Of a DNA stretch of 64,000 nucleotides, positions 49,906 through 63,160 are shown in pieces. The stretch is taken from contig NC_043020.1 in NCBI RefSeq assembly GCF_006345805.1, forward strand, positions 26,598,001-26,662,000, in the 5' to 3' direction. A program made the translations under genes and the position numbers. Under the pieces are notes generated by a model. The model did not search any database, was not told where the DNA came from, and was given only the letters and a program-made list of their open reading frames with translations. Numbering within the stretch: the first letter of the stretch is position 1; each line of letters opens with the position of its first letter. This DNA is from Octopus sinensis. Lineage: Eukaryota.

Positions 49906-50032
49906 GAATAAAAACATGTCCAAAGCGTTCCCTCATTTTTGCTGAAATACAGAGAATAATATTACTTGATCTGTTAGAAATAACAGTAATAGCCAAATAG
50001 TATAGAATCAGAAGCTATAATTGTTGTTTAGC

Positions 50033-50437
50033 ACCAGGTCAGTCCTGATGAAGCAGCCCTATGATCAAAGATGTCCCAGCTGTGACCATCCTGTCTAATA
50101 TTCAGATGTAGTGTATCTAAGAATTCTTTGCTGTTGTTTAACCCCAGGTCAAGCAGAATCTAGTAGACCTATGATCTAAAACATTCCAGCTGTGACCATC
50201 CTGTTTTCTATTCAGGCATATATATGAGTATATGTCGTATCCTATCATATCTAAAAAAAATTCTAAAATAGAAAAGCACGGATAATGTAGTTTTAGATAT
50301 ACTACGTTTGATAGAAAAATGGGACAGTCACAGTTGGAAAGGCTTTGATTATAGGTTGGCTTTATCATGACCTGGGATGAAATCATCCCAGAATGACAAT
50401 AGTTATTTTAATCGTTTTTGTAAACCTGTGATTGGTT
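50033..50437. mobile_element. Foldback MITE family 3, second copy (two left arms)
   Basis: Internal and right-arm sequence is closely similar to 46430-46690. Confidence 0.75.
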
Positions 50438-50635
50438 TCCTTCTTCTATTGTATTGGATGGGGAAAGTAGTGTCTGTGGTGAAAGAGATGAAAGAAAGAC
50501 TGGTAGATTACATAGATAATAGAAATGGAGCTTGTTAGGCAGGCAATCATGGGAACAAACAGTTAATATAGGGGGAAAGAGAGAGGGAAGAAGAGGTAGG
50601 GTAAAATTCATCATCATCACGCTCGAATGGTGCTT

Positions 50636-51216
50636 TGAAAGAAACACAGAGCATCTCAAAATACATATGATAACGAAAGGGTTAAATGGTGATGATGATA
50701 AAGTATTCCTTGTATCTGCAGACTATAGCTATGAGCAATAAACATGGCTGTGTTTAAGAAGTTGGATTGGTTAAATTGCAGTTCCAAATTTAGTCCTAAT
50801 TTGCAAAATCTTTGAAAATTATTTTCTGCAATGAATTCTTTGTCCCAGCCAGAAGCATTGCAAAAAGAAATTTTGGTCAACAGAATCTAATTGATAGATT
50901 ATCCTTATTAGTGTTTCTCAAACCATTTTGTTTTACCTATTGGCTCTCTTTGATTCCTATTTTGCAAGCATGGAAATGTGGGCCTTAACCCTTTCATTAA
51001 CAACCCGACTGAAACCGGCTCTGGCTCTGTAGTACAAATGTTTTGTCTTCAAAAGTTCTGAATTGAAATCTTCCACCAAACCTTAGTCACAATTTATGTT
51101 CCCAACACTAGCTGAATGCTAACTAAGTTATTTTACTAAATTCTTTGTTATATTTAAAGTTAATTGAAAAAAACACAGAGCATCGTGAAATAATTACAGT
51201 AACAAAAGAGTTTTAA
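50636..51216 (-). mobile_element. Inverted second copy of the MITE1-core-MITE1 cassette at 10856-11566
   Basis: Core 50686-50984 is the reverse complement of 11056-11351 with scattered substitutions; MITE1 TIRs at 50682-50685 and 50985-50988. Confidence 0.88.
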
Positions 51217-52056
51217 AATAAAATGAGTTACGGAAATGATGTTAAAATAAGCTCTTATTTTTTGTGGCAGGTATTGTACTAGTATATTAGTGATATAACT
51301 CCAACTGCTATTTTCTCAAAATGTTTTTCTTTTTCTAAATTCGAAACATTTTAATGTTATTTTTTTTTAACTATTACTTTTTAATTTTTTTTTTTAAACT
51401 CTATTATGGGTGTTCTTGGGGTGGATGGGAGGAAAGGTAGTGTTGAAATGAGAGAGATGTCTAAGTTCGATGGGAATGATTGATTGTAATTAATTAATTA
51501 ATTATTTTGGTCTTTCTTCATTTTATTTTGAGATTTATGTTTTGATTAAAGTTCGTTAGAAAAAAACAACAACCAAAATTTGTGGTTGATTGGTTTACTA
51601 CTGATAGGAAGGATCAATGTTGTTGCTGTTGTTGTTGTTGATGGTGGTGGTGGTGGTTGGTGCTGCTTGTCATTACCAAAGCCAAACTACCCTGATTCTA
51701 TCCCGTTCTATCCAATCACCTGTTAAAAGTAATTGCTGCAAAAAAATAAATAAATAAATAAAATAAATAAATTAATTAAAAAATAAGTAAAAATGAAAAC
51801 AAAATAAATAAAAGCGAAACAAAAAGTTTAAAGAACCCATTTTGAGAAAACCAAAGGGGAAATAAAACAATGCATCATCATCATCATCATCACCACCATC
51901 ATCATCACCAATGTCATCATCACCTGCACTCGTGCAAGTGCTGCCACCACTATCATCTTCCCCTTCAGCATCATCATCACTACCACCAACACCACCCTTC
52001 TCCTCCTCATGATGATGATGATGATGGTGGTGGTGGTGATTATTATTATTATTATA

Positions 52057-52097
<41 letters not shown>

Positions 52098-53161
52098 CTT
52101 TATATCATCATTGTATTCGCTGTTTGACTTTGTGTTAAAAAAAGCCAACATTTTTTTTTCCCCTTGACATCCAGTCGATACTCTGCTTCCATGGGTTTGC
52201 TAGATCTGCAATATTATAAAATCAACATATAGCTCTTAATTTTATGATAAATCATGTCGGTGCTTTTAATACCCAACCTCTTGCATACATTGACTGGCAT
52301 CTTTAACACCCAACACAGTGTGTAATACAGATTGATTAGCCTATAACAACTTCATTCATATATATCATCATCATCATCGTCGTTGTGTTTTGAAGTGTTT
52401 TGCGCCAAGAACAAAGCTCACAATCTCACGGACTTGAGTGCAACATGCCTTACCATTAGGCCAAGCCCCTTTAAGGTCATCATTATGATTGTCATAATTA
52501 TCATCAGCACCTGTTTCTTTATTACCCACAAGGGGCCAAACATAGAGGGGACAACAAGGACAGACATAGGTATTAAGTCGATCACATCGACCCCAGCACC
52601 ACCGTTATGACCCCCCCCACCACCACCACCATGATGATTATGATGATGATCATCATAAGCAAGCATCTGCCATCATCATCATCATCAACTGAGTGTGTCA
52701 CATTTATCCGAAAGACAAAACCTGTACCCTCTCCCCCTGCTACCCACAAATCCAGTCATGCTTGTGATGTCCATATATGAAGCTCACCGATTTTCACACG
52801 CGGTGGCTCTTACCGTGCATGTGTCATGCATCACCGATGTCTGGTTGCATGGAGTAAAAAAGGGGGGTTGGGTGGGAATATATTTGAGGCTGATTTGCAT
52901 AATTTTCAAACAATGCCTCGAATCACTTGACTGATTCTGTTACTCCACTCGTTAACACCACCACCACTACCAACACCACCTGGTCGTTGATTGGCTTTAC
53001 TAAAGTCTCAGGTCAGTGTTTCTTCCACCTGTCACAGATGTCCTGAAAATGGTCATAGGTATTGAGATATTGTATGTATTCCTATGTATTCATGCATTCA
53101 CACACACACTCTAGCACACGTGTGCATATGCATCTGTGTGCATTACATGTGTGTGAGTGTG

Positions 53162-53220
<59 letters not shown>

Positions 53221-53692
53221 ATGTGTGTGTGTGTGTGTATATATACATATATATATAATATATATAATATATATATATATATACACACACACACATGTAT
53301 ATGTGTATATAAGTATGTATATATGCATACATTCTTACACACATATTCACAAAGACATTCTTTTATTCTGTGGCCATGGCGGAACACTGCTTCAAAGTAT
53401 TTAATTGAGGAAACTGACTCTTTAAGATGGGTGTTTGCTCTATAGCTTTCTCATACTGGGCCATTAAGCTATAAGGATGTAAACAAACCAACAGCGGTTA
53501 TCATGTGTTGATGGAGAAGACTCTGACAAATGCATGTGGCAGGCATCCACTCAGTTTCCTTCCGTCTACCAAATTTGCTTGCTGAGCATCAGTTGGCCTT
53601 GGGATCGTGTGCTGGAACGAAAACAATTGCAGCATGGAAGGTGTTAATAAACCATTTAAGAAACACACAAAACCGTTAGATTCACTTCAACT

Positions 53693-53918
53693 ATGTGAGC
53701 TGGCAGACACGTTAGCGCGCCGGGCGAAATGCTCAGAGGTATTTCGTCTGTCATTACGTTCTGAGTTCAAATTCCGCCGAGGTCAACTTTGCCTTTCATC
53801 CTTTCGGGGTCGATAAATAAAGTACCAGTTTCGCACTGGGGTCGATATAATCGACTCAATCCCTTTGTCTGTCCTTGTTTGTCCCCTCTCTGTTTAGCCC
53901 CTTCTGGGCAGTAAAGAA

Positions 53919-53921
<3 letters not shown>
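53693..53921 (+). mobile_element. SINE family A
   Basis: GTGAGCTGGCAGA head through GTAAAGAAATA tail. Confidence 0.9.
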
Positions 53922-53980
<59 letters not shown>

Positions 53981-54684
53981 GGCCTGGGTCAGCCCATGAG
54001 GGAGTGCACAAACCTTTGATTTGGATTAAGAGCATTGTCCATGCTTGACAACGCCTCATTAAAACAAACACATACACACACATACACACACACACACGTG
54101 TGCATGACTACATAATCCCAGCTATTCATCTGTTTCTGTTTGACACAATGGAATGTGATTCATGGGTGATTCAGCTGCTATTTCTAGCCTGTCCTTGGCT
54201 ATGCATAAGATCCTTTGTCAACACACACACATTCTTTGTTTCGTCCTGTACTCTCCATATAACGTTTTCCTTAATGCAAACCCTTCTGGTTAATAAAGAA
54301 ACCCCCGGGTGTGTGTGTCTGTCTGTCTGTGTGTCTGTGTTTATGGTTTCAGCTTCATTCATCTTTGGTTCCTTCACACCTGTCTCTGGGATTTGAGTCA
54401 GTCCAATCTGGTGACTTCCTCCCTCTGTTCTCTCTCTGCTCTGCTCTGAGTCAGTATGTTGTTCACACTCCCTCCCTCTGTCCATCTGTTCTCCACACTG
54501 ACTCCATTGTTTGTACACACTCTGAAGTCTGTCTGTCTCTCTCTCACTAATTCTCTCCCTCTTTCAGTCTCTCTCTCTCTCTCTCTCTCTCTTATCTATT
54601 CAGCCATGCCCTCCTCCCCCCATAAGCACATGCACAGACACAAAATTAAAATTCCCTGATTTCATTTAAAAAAAAAATTTATTC

Positions 54685-55040
54685 TTGTTTTGGTCATTAG
54701 GTTGTGGCCCATGCTGGGGCATTGCCATGAAGAGTTTTTAGTCTAATGATTTGATCCCGGTATTTATTTGTTGTTTTTGTAAATCTAGTATTTAATCTTT
54801 TGCTGAACTGCTAAGTTATAGGGACGTGAACAACCCAACCCTGGTTGTCAAGCAGTGATGGGATATATATATATATATATACATACATACATACATACAT
54901 GAAGGTCTTCTCTCAGTTTCCATCTTACCAATTTGCTCACAAGGATTTGTTTGGCCTGGGGCTATAGTAGAAAACACTTGCCCAAGGTGCCATGCAGTGG
55001 GACTGAACCTGGAACCATGTGGTTGGTAAGCAAGCTACTT
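54685..55040 (-). mobile_element. SINE family B, diverged
   Basis: Reverse-complement match to 40108-40520. Confidence 0.8.
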
Positions 55041-55481
55041 ACCACACAGCCACATTGCACCTATTGGATTAATTAAGTGGTCACAGCCTAATTACTTGAA
55101 GGATTTTTTCTTATTTTTACTGGGTCAACGTGGCCCCAATATTAAGTTTGGGTATTGTACCTACCCTAAGTTGCAAGGACATAAACAAACCATCACCAGT
55201 TATCACTTGAGATAAACAGAAGCACAAAAGTTAGACTTTTGCACACACTCACAAACATGTTCACATACACACACATGTATCTATGTACATATACACATGC
55301 ATATACATGTGTACGTACACACAATCGCATTGAGCTTCTGTAGTATCTGTCAACCAAATTTTCCCTCACGTGGTTTTGGTTGGCCCTGGGCTGTAGAAGA
55401 TACTTGCCCAAGGTGTCAATGCTATGTGGACAGAACCTTAAACCATGTGGTCTGAACGATAAATTCATCACTGCACCCCCC

Positions 55482-55517
<36 letters not shown>

Positions 55518-56409
55518 TACACACACACACACACACACACTCTCTCTCTCTCACACACTCACACTCACACACACACACACACACACAATTGTACATCCAT
55601 CTATTCATTCATCAAACCACCCTAGTGAATGAGTCAAGCAACTCCCCACTCTGCACACCTTATCCACCCTGATTCCACCCTGTTTACTATTGTTTTGACA
55701 TTAGGGCCTCCAACTGAGGTGTGACAGTGGGGTGGTGGTGTTGGCCGGGTGGGGTGAGGGTGGAAGAGGGTAAAGGAAGCAGTCAGCAAGCACCCTCTTT
55801 GGACTGTGAGGGAAATTAGTAAGTTGGTGTTTTTTGTAGTGCTTTACAACATCCACCCCAAAATGTTCTGAGGTGACAGCAGATGGCTGGAAATATTTAA
55901 GGGTACCTAAACTACCTCCCAGCCTGCCTGCCTGCCCACCTTCCTATCTACCTACCCACAAGGCTGGATGGACAATCAGGACAAAAGGGGTGACATATGG
56001 TCTCTGATGTTTGCTAAATGTGTCACCTGCCAACCCACCCCCTCTACAACCATTCCTACCATCACCACTGTGATGACGGTGACCACTATTATTACCACCA
56101 CCACCACTACCACTGTTGCCACGGCCACCCTGGACACAATCCAGAGTCACTCACAAGGCTTTGGTCAGCCTGAGGCTGTAATAGAAGACAGTTACCCTGG
56201 AACTATGTGGTTCCTAATCAGGCTACTTACCACACAGCCACTCCTATGCCTACATATATGTATAATTATATATGCACACACACACACACACATGGTTTAT
56301 TTCCCTTTTACTTGTTTCACCCATTAGCGTTTGGCCATGTTGGGGCACTGTTTTGAAGGATTTAGTTGAACAAATAAGTCCTTGAACTTTTTTTATAGAA
56401 AACAATTAG

Positions 56410-56722
56410 CCCCTGGAACCATGAGGTTGGGAAGCAGGGTGGAGGTGGTGGTGGTGTTTAATAATTGGGCTGGCAATATATGTGTGTGTGTGTGTGTGTG
56501 TGTATGTTGTATAACTGTTTGTCCCCTCCAAAATCGCTTGACAACCGATGCTGGTGTGTTTAGGTCCCCGTAACTTAGCGGTTCGGCAAAAGAGGTCGAT
56601 AGAATAAGTACTGGGCTTACAAAACAAAGAATAAGTCCTGGGGTCGATTTGCTCGACTAAAAGGCGGTGCTCCAGCATGGACACAGTCAAATGACTGAAA
56701 CAAGTCAAAGAGTAAAAGAGTA
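56410..56722 (+). mobile_element. SINE family B with an internal deletion
   Basis: TGTTTGTCCCC..TAACTTAGCGGTTCGGCAAAAGAG..GACTGAAACAAGT. Confidence 0.85.
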
Positions 56723-57049
56723 AAAACATAATTAGAATCCCTAATAGGGAGGGCAGTTCACTTAGGGTAATCCGGGTTAAATCCGATGCAGAATCCTGGA
56801 TTACTTTGTCATCACCAAGGCACAGGGGAGTGCTCTCTCTGGTTCTTGATTGAAGCCCTTTTAAATACTGTTGTTTCTCTGGTGTTTTGTTTTCCGTTTC
56901 TTTTTCTTTTTAAAAAAATAATTTGTTTATTTCTAATTAATTGATTTCTGTAATCGGATTCTCAGCTAAACGATGCTGAGACAGTTGGAAGTGGTCAATT
57001 TGTCAGTCTGTAAACAGCTCCGAGGATCAACCCTTAACCTCCCTCTCTT

Positions 57050-57180
<131 letters not shown>

Positions 57181-57312
57181 CCTCTTGTCTCCTGTCACTT
57201 TCAGACAACCATCACTGTAGTATACCTCTTCCTCCTCACTGCCATCCCTCTTTCAATTCTCAACCCTTGTAATTTATGTGTGTATATATGTGTGTGTATA
57301 TATATATATGTA

Positions 57313-57356
<44 letters not shown>

Positions 57357-57450
57357 TATATGTATGTGTGTGTATATATGTATATATATATATGTATTTA
57401 TACGTATGTATATATGTATGTGTATGTATATATATACATATATATATATG

Positions 57451-57492
<42 letters not shown>

Positions 57493-58919
57493 GTGTGTAT
57501 GTATGTATATGTATATATGTATGTATATGTATGTATATATATGTATATATATATATGACTAAGGAAACCTCAAATCCCTATTGATGTTTTCATTTCCTTG
57601 ATGTTTTGCACTTCAACATTTTTCATGTTGTACAGATTCATATATATATATGTGTCTTTCTCTGTGTGTGTGTATGTGTATACATACACTTTGGTGCTTG
57701 TGTATATGCGTTTACACATACATACATCTTGATATTTGTGTGTGTATATTTATATATCTGTGTAAAAGTTTCCAATCCATTATCCTTAGTCCAACAAAAT
57801 ATATTTTGTTTCACCTTTGGCTCCTCCAAAGCTGAACATTTATACAAGATGTGTCTTGCAATGAGACTGAACCTGGAACCAACTGGTTGAGAAGCAAACT
57901 TCTTACCACATAGCCACATAACTTTTTATTTATTTATTTTTTTTTGATTAGAGAAAAATCGTTAAGGTGTGATCAACAACAGTACCTTTGGGTACAAGCT
58001 ACAAGAGATAATTACTGGTACAATTAATTAAGTCTTGAATTATAGTGTCATTAGCAAAGTATTAGTGTTTGTTTTCCCTTTTTTGTGTTTGTTTTGTTTT
58101 GTTTTGTTTTTGTTTTTTTTCTCTCCTTCCTCCCACATAATCACCTCTCTCTCTCTCCCTCTCCCCTTCTCTCTTTGTCTCCCTCTCTCTCAATATCCCT
58201 CTCTTTCTCTTTGGTGATAATGGTGATGGTATTGATGGAACCTGTCTGCCCCTCGCCCCCACAGTTGGCTACCAGTATTGTTACCCCTCTCCCCACCACG
58301 TTCCACTACATCTTGTTCTTTAAAAGCTGTGTGTGTGGTGGTGGTGGCGGTGGTGGTGGTGCTGGATAGTGTGGGAGGTAAACTTTTTCTTTTTTTCTTT
58401 TTTTTTCATTTCTGGTTCTACTTAATCAAAATGTACAACTGTCATTGTTTCTGACAGCATGTTTAATGTAGTAGTTCTGGCTGGTATACCACCACCACCA
58501 CCACCACCACCATCACCACCACTACTAATACCATCACCACTACTGATTTCCCTTTCTCTGTCTCTCTGCAATACCACCACCACCACCACCACCAAGGTTT
58601 TTTCCCATCTCTCCTACCACAACTACCACTCATCTTTTCCTCTCTCTCTCTCCCTCCTCAACCCCCATCACCAACACCATTGATGTCTCTGGCATCATCA
58701 CAGATCCGACCCTCTCTCTTTCTCTCATTCTCTTCCTCTCCATTATTACTATCACCACCCACCACCAGTGTTCCCCCCCCCCCTTCTGCCTTCATTTATC
58801 TCACTTCTGCAATCTGATCTCTAATGCAGTCCCACTTCTAGATACCATGAAGTTGCGTTGCAGAGGAGCGATGAAACTTTTTACCATTTCATAATAGACA
58901 GTACCGCAAAGGATTACAC

Positions 58920-59396
58920 CAATGTTTCTCAAACATTCTTTTTACCCATAGACCTCTTCGACTCTTATTTCACTCTACTAGACCCTCATATCCATTCACT
59001 GTTTTAAAAAATTCCTTTTATAATCATCATCATCATCATCATTTAATGTCCGTTGTCCATGTTGGCATGGGTTGGACGGTTTGACAAGGACTAGTAAGCT
59101 GAGGGGCTGCACCAGACTCCAGTCCAATTTAGCATGGTTTCTACAGCTGGATGCCTTTCCTAACACCAACTGCTCTGAGAGTGCAATGTGTGCTTTTTAT
59201 GTGCCACTGGCCCACAAGGGCCTGTTGTGTGACACCATATCTGTCACGGCTACAATATTATTTGGAATTGTATAAAAAGAAGTTGTTAAAATATTTTGTG
59301 CTTTGTTGAACATATAACCAATTTATTGCGCAGAAATTTTAACAAGGAAATTTTATGTGAACCCCAAAGGGCATTATGGATCCTTGAGAACCACTG
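58920..59396. mobile_element. Second hAT-type MITE with a nested family C SINE (59025-59240, minus)
   Basis: CAATGTTTCTCAA...TTGAGAACCACTG termini; flanks GATTACAC and GATTAGTT match only 5/8, so the TSD is weak. Confidence 0.55.
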
Positions 59397-59468
59397 GATT
59401 AGTTAGAAACAAATGCAAATAGTTTATTGGTGTTCTTAGATGATTCCTCCATGGTATAATTGTATACT

Positions 59469-60066
59469 GCGGCAAGCTGGCAGAATCGTTAGCACGCCGG
59501 GCGAAATGCTTAGCAGTATTTTGTCTGCCGCTACGTTCTGAGTTCAAATTCCGCCGAGGTCGACTTTGCCTTTCATCCTTTCGGGGTCGATTAAATAAGT
59601 ACCAGTTATGTACTGGGGTCGATATAATTGACTTAATCTGTTTGTCTGTCCTTGTTTGTCCCCTCTGTGTTTAGCCCCTTGTGGGTAGTAAAGAAATAGG
59701 TATTTTGTCTGCCATTACATTCTGAGTTCAAATTCCGCCGAGGTTGACTTTGTCTTTCATCCTTTCGGAGTCGATTAAATAAGTACCAGTTACGCACTGG
59801 GGTCGATATAATTGACTTAATCTGTTTGTCTGTCCTTGTTTGTCCCCTCTATGTTTAGCCCCTTGTGGGTAGTAAAGAAATAGGTATTTTGTCTGCCATT
59901 ACGTTCTGAGTTCAAATTCCGCCGAGGTTGACTTTGTCTTTCATCCTTTCGGAGTCGATTAAATAAGTACCAGTTACGCACTGGGGTCGATATAATCGAC
60001 TTAATCTGTTTGTCTGTCCTTGTTTGTCCCCTCTGTGTTTAGCCCATTGTGGGTAGTAAAGAAATA
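59469..60066 (+). repeat. SINE family A head followed by three head-to-tail 184-bp body copies
   Basis: TATTTTGTCTGCC at 59517, 59701 and 59885. Confidence 0.95.
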
Positions 60067-60399
60067 CGTATAATTATATTCATTGTATCACCAGTAATCA
60101 ACCAGACTATTGGATGTTACATACCACCAGTCACAGTGCGCTTCCTATTCTTTCTCCGTTGTGTACTTCTTTTTCATGTGGGCCCAAATCACTTAAGCTA
60201 AATCATCTTTCCATCGTTGTAGAGACCGTCCCAGTAACCTTTTCCAGCGTTTTGGATCCCATTCAGCAGCTGCACAGGTCCACTTGTTGTCTGTGAACCT
60301 TTTTGACGTTTCCAGCCCAGTGGAACTTTTACTTTGTTTGGATTCCCTCATTTAGGTTTTAGAAAAAAAAAAAAAAAAAGGGTAAATTTATCTTCTGGA

Positions 60400-60540
60400 T
60401 AGGATGCCTTTTGCCTGTTGAGTGGGCTGGAGCAATGTGAAGTGAAGTGTCTTGCTCAAGAACACAACACATCACCCGGTCCAGGAATCGAAACCGCAAT
60501 CTTACAATCATGACTCCAACACCCGCTAACCACTAAGCCC
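60400..60540 (-). mobile_element. SINE family D 5' part
   Basis: Reverse complement of 18011-18150. Confidence 0.75.
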
Positions 60541-60865
60541 TTCACCCCCACTTGTTACCTCATTTCCTGATATTCCTGGCATGGAGCTATCCATGGCTCT
60601 TTCCGTTATGTGTTATTAATGTTGATTAGCCCCAAGTCAGTCTTATGATCAAAGGCATTCCAGCCATGACCACATCTATTTTTGCCAATATCTCACCATT
60701 TCCTTCTGTTTGCTTGCTTGTTTTAGACAGTAGGGTTTGATTTGTTGTATATTTGACTGCTGTTTCTAGCAGATTATGTCACCTCATAGTGGCTCCTTCC
60801 ATTGGCTGAAAATTGTTTGTCAAAACAATTTGCCAGGAATAATTAGGACGAGCAAGTGACATTCT

Positions 60866-61040
60866 TTTATTCTTTTACTTGTTTCAGTCATTTGACTGTG
60901 GCTATGCTGGAGCACTGCCTTTAGTCGAACAAATCGACCCCAGGACTTGTTCTTTGTAAGCCTAGTACTTATATCGGTTTCTTTTGCTGCACTGCTAAGT
61001 TATGGAGACATAGACACACCACCATCAGTTGTCAAGCGAT
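60866..61040 (-). mobile_element. SINE family B 3' half, followed by a (GAT)n-type tract to 61245
   Basis: TTTTACTTGTTTCAGTCATTTGACTG..CAGTTGTCAAGCGATG. Confidence 0.85.
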
Positions 61041-62280
61041 GGTTATGATGAGGATGACAATAAAGGTGATGATGACAATGACGAAGAGGATGATGATGAT
61101 GAGGAGGAGGATACCTATGATGAGGATGATGATGATAACTATGATGAGGATGTTGGTGATAATGATAACGATGATGATCATGATAATAATAATGAGGATA
61201 AAGATGATGACGACGACGGTGATGATGATGAAGATGATGATTAAAATGATGAATAGTTTGTGTTTGTGTTTTTAGCTCTGTTACAGTAAGCTTGCTGTTC
61301 ATATTCTGCAAGGCCTACTTAAAGACTACAACAACAGCAAGAATAACCACAGCAATGCCAAAGAGTTCCTAACAGTGATTGACTGATCCTCTTTGATTTC
61401 TGTCAACACAAATCAATTATCATTGTTTGGAGGGGTCTTTTTTTTTTCCTTCTGCACCCCCCCCCGGCACTCCACCACTCCTTTCTCTCCACCCTTACCT
61501 CAGTAGCCTTAAATAATAATAATAATAATAATAATAATTACTACTACTACTACTACTACAAATCTCTTAGCTGCCTGACTGCTGCTCAAAGCTGTAGATA
61601 ATTCCTTCCCCCCCCCCCGCATTTTAGTATTTTTTTTTACAAACATTATTTATTTATTTGATATATTTGCATAAAGTTCCTTGTGTGTGTGTGTATGTGT
61701 GTGTGAGGGAGAGAGAGAGAAAGAAAGAGACTAAGCGGAGTGAGGAAGGCATAAGTTACCCCACCAGACTGTTTTGGCTTGCCTATCCCTGCTTAACTCC
61801 CCTTTGATAACCTAGATATCTGAGTCAGCTAGGGGGCAGGGTGGTAGATGGTTGGTGATGGCAGGCTGACCTAACAACAAATCATGTTTCTTTCTCTGGT
61901 CACCATAGTACATCGCCTCCGTGCTGCTGGTTGAGGCAATGCTTAACTCCCTTTATTTACACTGGTGCCTCCCCACCCCCCACTTCTGATCATGTCATCA
62001 TTTACCATATCTATATATTTATATACACATACACACACACATGCATACATACATACAAAGGGGTCTAATGCTCTTAGCTTAGACTTTTTGGGGGACAACC
62101 AGATCAAGCCATCTCAAGTGTAACTGTCCGAAATGGTCGTGACTTCTGGTACTTGACTGAAGAAAGAAAGCCAAGAAAGACCCTTCTTTTTTTTGTCTCT
62201 CCTAATTGTTGTTTCCCTTGTCTGCCTTTGTGTCGTCCATCTGTCGGAATGCTTTAATGCCCTCTATTGTGTTTTGTTCC

Positions 62281-62324
<44 letters not shown>

Positions 62325-62326
<2 letters not shown>

Positions 62327-62481
62327 CAACCCTCCGAGGTCGACTTTGCCTTTCATCCTTTCGGGGTCGATAAATTAAGTACCACCAGTTACGCACTGGG
62401 GTTGGTGTAATCGACTTAATCCCTTTGTCTGTCCCTATTTGGCCCCTCTCTGTTTAGCCCCTTGTGGGTAGTAAAGAAATA
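62325..62481 (+). mobile_element. SINE family A, 5'-truncated, between TA runs
   Basis: CCGAGGTCGACTTTGCCTTTCATCC..GTAAAGAAATA. Confidence 0.85.
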
Positions 62482-62664
62482 TATCTATATATATATCTAA
62501 AGGTTCAGTTAATTGTATTAGTGGTCATCCATCTCATATGTATGTAATACAATTTACTGAACCTTCAGTGTTTTTATATTCTAGGCCATTGGTGTTAAAT
62601 TGATGTTAATTAAATTAATATCCAATTTCTCACTCTCATTTTAAATTCATATATATATATATCA

Positions 62665-63160
62665 AATCAAAACAAACAAAAATAGATGAACATCAATGGA
62701 TTTGTATCTTTGTGGTACCAGTGCCGGTGGCACACAAGAAAATCATCCGAACGTGGCCGTAGCCAGTACCGCATAGACTGGCCTCCGTGCTTTGGGGACG
62801 TAACAAACACCATCCGATCGTGGCCGTCCGCCAGCCTCATCTGGCACCTGTGTCGGTGGCACAAAAAAAAAACCATCCGAGCGTGCCGTCTGCCGCTCGT
62901 CTGGCACCTGTGTCGGTGGCACATAAAAACACCATCCGAGCGTGGCCGTTCGCCAGCCTCGTCTGGCACCTGTGTCGGTGGCACATAAAATCACCCACTA
63001 CACTCTCCGGGAGTGGTTGGCGTTAGGAAGGGCATCCAGCTGTAGAACACTGCCAGATCTGACTGGCCTGGTGCAGCCTTCGGCTCCCCAGACCCCAGTT
63101 GAACCGTCCAACCCATGCTAGCATGGAAAACGGACGCTAAATGATGATGATGATGATATA
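62665..63160 (+). mobile_element. SINE family C with an internal ~60-bp tandem array
   Basis: CCATCCGA(G/T)CGTG..CTGGCACCTGTGTCGGTGGCAC repeated three times at 62806-62990, then the GGCGTTAGGAAGGGCATCCAGC core and a (GAT)n tail. Confidence 0.88.

Noticed and set aside
61029-61244. Acidic Asp/Glu-rich 71-aa ORF
   Set aside because: A degenerate (GAT)n tract that starts at a truncated SINE end.
61790-61951. TGCTTAACTCCC repeated 150 bp apart
   Set aside because: A 12-mer pair with no wider homology; too weak to interpret.
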